A stretch of 64,000 nucleotides of DNA from the human T2T-CHM13v2.0 reference genome, Homo sapiens, in assembly GCF_009914755.1 (NCBI RefSeq), contig NC_060939.1; one strand, 5' to 3'. The notes beneath the pieces are model-generated. The model saw nothing but the letters and a program-made list of their open reading frames with translations, was not told where the DNA came from and searched no databases. Below are positions 54,708-64,000 of this stretch, piece after piece. How positions within the stretch are numbered: the stretch's first letter is position 1; the number at the start of each line of letters is the position of its first letter. The translations under genes and the position numbers were made by a program.

Positions 54708-57516
54708 TCCACATAGAGTGCAGCCCAGGGCCTGAGGCAAAGTGCATAATAAATGCTAGCTACTAGCATTACTGTTGTGGTGGTTGTTGCCCTTGCCACG
54801 GGCTTCACGAGAGATGAAGGACAGAGTTTCATCAGGGCCTCTGCAGCTGGCATGACTCCTGGGAAGTGGAGGGAAGGTGGGATCATCAGAATCTCATGTT
54901 TGCGTAAGGCCATGATGTCAGGCTGTTAGATTCCTGTTAGGAACACCTGTCCCAATTGTCTGACCTTCTTTCTTCTAGGGTGGCATAGCCCTGTTCCTCT
55001 GCAGGACTCATCACAGCCAGGGAGGCCCCTCTTCTGGTGTTTTCAGACTCAAGGACACCGAGACTCACTTCTTTCTCATGACATAACCTCCAAGTTACAA
55101 CACTCAGAAGCTGTCAGTGGTCATATTTTCTGTCTTAGACAAAACCAGTCTTCTGGGAAAAGAACAAATGAGGCTGATCTGCAGCAAGAAGCAAAAACAA
55201 GAACCTGGTGGGGCTGCTGTGGCTTGCAAATCCCTGGTTCCAGATGTCTCTAAGGCCCACCCACATCCCCGCCCCTCTGCTGGCTCAATTATTGGGCTGT
55301 TTCTTAGATTCTGTGAGATGCTCCAAGATCCTCCAATAAATCCTCATTTTTGCTCAGGCTAGTGTGAGTTGGGCTTCTGTCACTTGCAAGCCAGAGAACA
55401 AGGACTAGCTTCTCGACCCCCTGGGTCCTCTACTGAAAGTCTCTTCCATCTATCCTCACTACCCACATGTTCCCATCCCACATTTTTGCAATCCTCTACC
55501 CCTAAAAAGTTCCAAAGCTGTTTTCTTCCTCATTTAAGGACTTTTTTTCAAGTGTAGCACATTTTTTGTAGGGCCTCAATTTGTTAGGATGTAGACGTGA
55601 AATTGTTAATAATCTCCCCTCCAACACACACACACAGTCAACTGTGCTCTATTGAAATCCCTTTCCTACTGGGTGGTAGGGATCTTAATGACATCGTGGC
55701 TGCGTCCCACAACTCCGCCGTCACTTTCATCTACTAGAACTGTCTCATTTCGTTAATCAAGACTTCCTGTTTGTCTCTCCTGCCATTCCCACTTCTGCCC
55801 AGATGAGAGTGGTGACTGGCCCTCCCCCCCCAACAAGGCCACAATGGAGGGGAGCATCCAGCTCCAGATCCGCCTCCCTATCACTTTTCTAGTCTCTCAG
55901 TGACTGCGGGGCCAGGAGAGGGACTTGGAAGCAACTCTCACATGTCCTCTCCTAGGTGGATTGTCACTGCTTCTCTGGCTACTCCACTCCCTCCTCTCTG
56001 CCCTGGTGACTGTCTCGTGGACAGCCTGTGCATTCTCTCAAGCCCTAGAGAGACGCCCTCATGGGTGGGACACCAGCTTGTCCACTTGAGCCCAGCCACC
56101 TCACACAGCTCTCTCTCTCCACTCCACCATCTGTCTTGTATTGCCCTCTTCCCCAACTCAGGCAGCTCAGAGGTATACAAGGGGGTTCACAGACTAAGCA
56201 GATGCCCCCCTGGGGGATGGTATGCTTGTCTCTCCTTACAAGAAATTATCTTATGTTATCAGGGAGGAAAGGCACCCACCCCACCCATCATCTCCCGTGA
56301 AGAGGGGAGCAAGCAGCCTCTACCACAAACACTGCCCTCCCCACATGGCAACCGACCATTCCATCCCCTGCTCCTCTTCCAGTCACTGTGGGAGGTGGTG
56401 GTGGTTGATGAGAGAAGAGCCATCAGCCCTGCGGGAGGGAGATGGTACTAGCTGCTGACCACCCACTGACAACCCTCTGAATGCAGAAGGCAGGGTCCCC
56501 AGTGCCTTTTGTACTCAGCTTTGGGTGTTAGCTGCAATTCCAGAACAGGAGGAAGAGTCCCACACAATATCCTGTTATGCTGGTGCAGAACTCTCCTCCC
56601 TCCCAGATCCCAGCTGAATTGATCAAAAGACTAGGAAAGAAGAGAACGCCTGTTGGCCTGGACTGAAAGCCAGAGAAGGTACATTCTCGTGCCAGGAAAG
56701 CTGGGGATTGCTGTAAAGTGTGCAAGATACAGATTAAAGGAAGACCTCAAGGGCTGATTCACAACTCCAATTCTTGAGAAAGCAAAACTATACTATGAGA
56801 AGTAGATGAGGTCCTGGCAGAATGTACTGACCCTAAATTAGGGCAGATGGTGGGACACGGGGCTTGCAGGGCATCTTTGGAAAGCCCTTTCCATACTATC
56901 AACTGCCTTGGGAAGGAGCTGACTGGGAGGTGGGCTGGGGTGGGGGTATGTGGTTGCCATGTCAAGTAGGTAACTGAGCTGGGTGGGGTGGGAGGAGTTC
57001 CTCCCTCAATCAGGTTCTCTCTAATACCGTGTTCCTCCTTTCCTGTTAGTGGGGGCAGAAGTCTTATCATAGCTATGTTGAATACCTACAGGAACAGCCA
57101 GGAAACCCTGGACGCTGGGCAAATAGACCTGGCCCTTGGTGCAGAGGAGGCAAGGTTACCTGCTGGACCTGGCCCCAGCCAACTCCCACACAGTTGTCCC
57201 AGCTAGATCCCTGAGCTGGTAATGGCCCTTGGACGCTCTACCTGGAGTGGGGAAAGAACGGAACACTTGCACACAAACACACACACAAACCTGCAGCCAG
57301 CTCAACTACTGGCTGGTGCCTCTGGTGACAAGTGGGGAGACATGTCACAGACAGTTTGTGTTCATAGCCAACTGGTGATGTGAAATTGCATTAACCAGTC
57401 CTAAAATATGACAGGACAATTGGAGCAACATCCAGACGAAGGGTGACCTAAAGAGAATCCATTTCCTTCTCCTTGTTTGGGGGAAAATAGTAAGATTTTA
57501 TAAAACACTCACTTTT

Positions 57517-57660
57517 AGCTCGGTGCGGTGGTGCCTGCCTGTAAGTCCAGCTGCTTGGGAGGCTGAGGCCAGAGGATCACTTGGGGTCAAGAGTCCGAGG
57601 CCAGCCCAGGCAATATGGTGGGACCCAGTCTCTAAATAAATAAATTAAAAAAAAATAAAA
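57517..57660 (+). mobile_element. Alu monomer (FLAM-like)
   Basis: Single arm plus A tail; taaaacactca repeated on both sides. Confidence 0.8.
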
Positions 57661-58384
57661 TTAAAAAAAGTTTAAAACACTCATCTTTAAAGTAGGAGTA
57701 CAGAGAAAAGCAAACACACACCCCCACACACAAACCCACATGCACACACATATACTTGGAAATACACAGAGCCTTTGAAAAGACTCTGCATGAGGCAAGG
57801 AAGAGAATGTGGCCCTAAAAGGGCAGAGAAAAGTAATTCCTTTGAAAAGATTTATCACATAAACATAAATAACTTGCAGACCACATCTGTTCTGTACGCA
57901 ATTCATTTAATTAAAGTGCGCACTCTAAGAAATGAGAGTTGAAAAATAAGATGGAAAGAATGAAATGAGAAGGCTGCTGACTGAGAGGCAGGTGGAAATC
58001 AAAAACAAACCAGAGGAGAGAAGGAAAGACTGCAAAGAAACTAAAAATGCAGTAGAATTTTAATTTCCATCAAGATGGTAAAGAACAGAATTGGAACTAC
58101 AGAAAATGGAATCTGTAAATGTGAAGGACAGATAGGAGAAGTTCTCTGAGACTGCAGAGGAAAAGCACAACAGGATAAAAAACAGAGAGACAACATGATA
58201 GGTATCCGGGCTTACAGAAGACACTAAACAAATGAAATAAAAGCAAGAATCACAGGAGAAAGATGTCCCTGAGCTGATGAGAAGCCTGGGCTTATACATT
58301 TAAAAGATTCCTCCTTAAGTCAAATTAATAAAAATAAATGAACACTTAGAAATGCCATGTAGAATTTTCAAATTGCAAGGGTAA

Positions 58385-58748
<364 letters not shown>

Positions 58749-59323
58749 CAACATTTCTTAAAGTGTATAATTGGAAGAGAGAGTCCATGGAATTTTGTTA
58801 ACTATTTGTACTGAGGAAAAAAGTTTCTGTCATAAAATAAGCTTGGGAAATGCTGAATTAAACAAAACAAGATAAAACCCTATGCTGAGGCTTTCTCAGG
58901 GCTTTTAACGTATTCATGCATGTTATTAAACTGGCAATATTAGCAAGCCCAGTTTTCCAAACTTATTTGACTATGAAATCCTTTGCCATAGACTATGTGG
59001 TAAGACTGGTGTTCAATAGAACACACTTTGGGAACCACTCTTTTACAGAATTTTGAGAGATCAGTTGTGACCTTACATTTTAACAATTTGCCTGGTGCAA
59101 TCATGCATGAAGACAACAGAAAAAGACTTTCCCACATGCCAGAACTTAGGACACATGCCATGTATGGCTCTACTTTTCACGGGGAAAAAGGTACTCAGAG
59201 ATGCACTCTTTCCAAGCCAGCAAGAGTCAAAGTAAGTAAAATAATAGTAAGTGAAAAAGCAAGTCCTGGGCTGCAATTCTCAACTTTGGCCCATATAAAG
59301 TCTCTAAATTAAAAAAAAAAAAT

Positions 59324-59530
59324 CCAGGCTGGGCAACATGGCAAAATCCCATCTCTACAAAAAATAAAAAATAAAACATTAGCCAGGCATGGTGGCATAA
59401 GCCTGTAGTCCCAGCTACTCAGGAGGTGGGCAGATTGATTGAGCCAGGGAGGTCAAGGCTGCAGTGACCTTGACCTGCACTCCAGCCTGGGCAACAGAGT
59501 AAGACCCTGTCTCAAAAAAAAAAAAAAAAA
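59324..59530 (+). mobile_element. 5'-truncated AluJ
   Basis: Partial Alu plus poly(A). Confidence 0.85.
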
Positions 59531-59639
59531 ATCAACACAGAGAAATTGTATAAAAGCTCTGGAAGTGAATATTAAAAACATGTTAAACACATGGTTATGC
59601 ACGTATCAGTCAGGAAGCAGAAATCACACCAGAGCCACT

Positions 59640-60395
<756 letters not shown>

Positions 60396-60399
60396 CTCA

Positions 60400-63209
<2,810 letters not shown>

Positions 63210-63210
<1 letters not shown>

Positions 63211-63790
63211 CATTCATTCACTCAACAAATATTTATCGAGCACCTCTTCTGTGCCAGACAAGTTTACACATGGGACACAGCAGTGAACAAGACAAAGGAC
63301 AAAGGTCCCTGCCCCAAGGAGCTTACATTCTATTGGAGAGGGGCAAACAATAAACAAGTAAATTATGAAGTATTTTAGACGGTGATAAGTACTACTGGCA
63401 AAAAAGAAAAAGAAGAGTTAAGTAAGGCGATCAGGAGTGAGGCATGGGGAGCTCAGGGGCTGGGGAGGTCTCATCAGGAAGGAGACATTTGAGCAAAGCT
63501 TTGAACAGATTCAGGTAGTTGACCACACAGAGCAGGGGAAATTGCCATGGTGCGGCGGAGGGGCAGGAGAAGGCCAAGTTGGCTAGAACAGAAAGAGCAA
63601 GGGACCAAGTGGTGAGGACCCTGGAGGCCTTGAACAGGACTTTGGCTTTTAACCTGAGAACCATTGCAGAGCTTTAAGGAGAAGAGTGAAATTTTGACTT
63701 ATGTCTCAAAAAGGATCATTCTGGCTACCATCTTGAGAGCAGACTTTTGGGGTACAAAGGTAGGAGCAAATAGACCATTTAGGAGGTCAG
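63210..63790. mobile_element. L2 fragment (3' end)
   Basis: cattcattcactcaacaaatatttatcgagcacc...gagcttacattctattgg...aggatcattctggct. Confidence 0.8.
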
Positions 63791-64000
63791 CAAACACATG
63801 GCAACATGTTCACTCTCACGGGTAACCAAAAAAATGCAACTAAAAAAATGTATTCACCTGTTTTTAACCTATCCAATTTTTAATGTTCTTTTAGAAAACA
63901 GTACTCAGTATCAGTAAGGGTGAATTACCTTCGGGCAGGTAAATGGGAACCACCTTTCTGGGACCAGCTGGGTATTCTGTGCCAAAGCCTCAAAAACACT

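Noticed and set aside
54308-54913. 201-aa minus ORF and similar '[11 protein letters not shown]' ORFs throughout the window
   Set aside because: Translations of antisense Alus.

Overview
Primate (almost certainly human) genomic DNA rich in Alu, L1, MIR/L2, MER and LTR repeats. The one intact protein-coding gene is TBC1D21 (male-germ-cell Rab-GAP-family protein) on the + strand. It has 11 coding exons (ATG 19039 to TGA 34421), all introns are GT-AG, and the 1011-nt CDS gives 336 aa. From recalled synteny this is 15q24.1, between INSYN1 and LOXL1-AS1/LOXL1. The most interesting candidate is upstream on the - strand, head-to-head with TBC1D21: a chain of about 14 exon-like segments (15831 down to about 25). 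Their splice phases match from exon to exon, their in-frame stops are almost all TGA/TAG (derivable from CGA/CAG), and some splice sites look decayed by one base. This suggests an unannotated unitary pseudogene, but the exons were picked by eye and the model is unverified. Other observations: (1) the TBC1D21 arginine finger is Lys; (2) the last intron is open in frame through about 70 Ser codons; (3) a palindromic CTCF-type site lies in intron 1; (4) there are three short non-tandem local duplications of different ages; (5) minus-strand terminal exons with three AATAAA signals near 53.4 kb are probably the 3' end of LOXL1-AS1. Repeat family names come from recognising consensus sequences by eye, and repeat boundaries are approximate.
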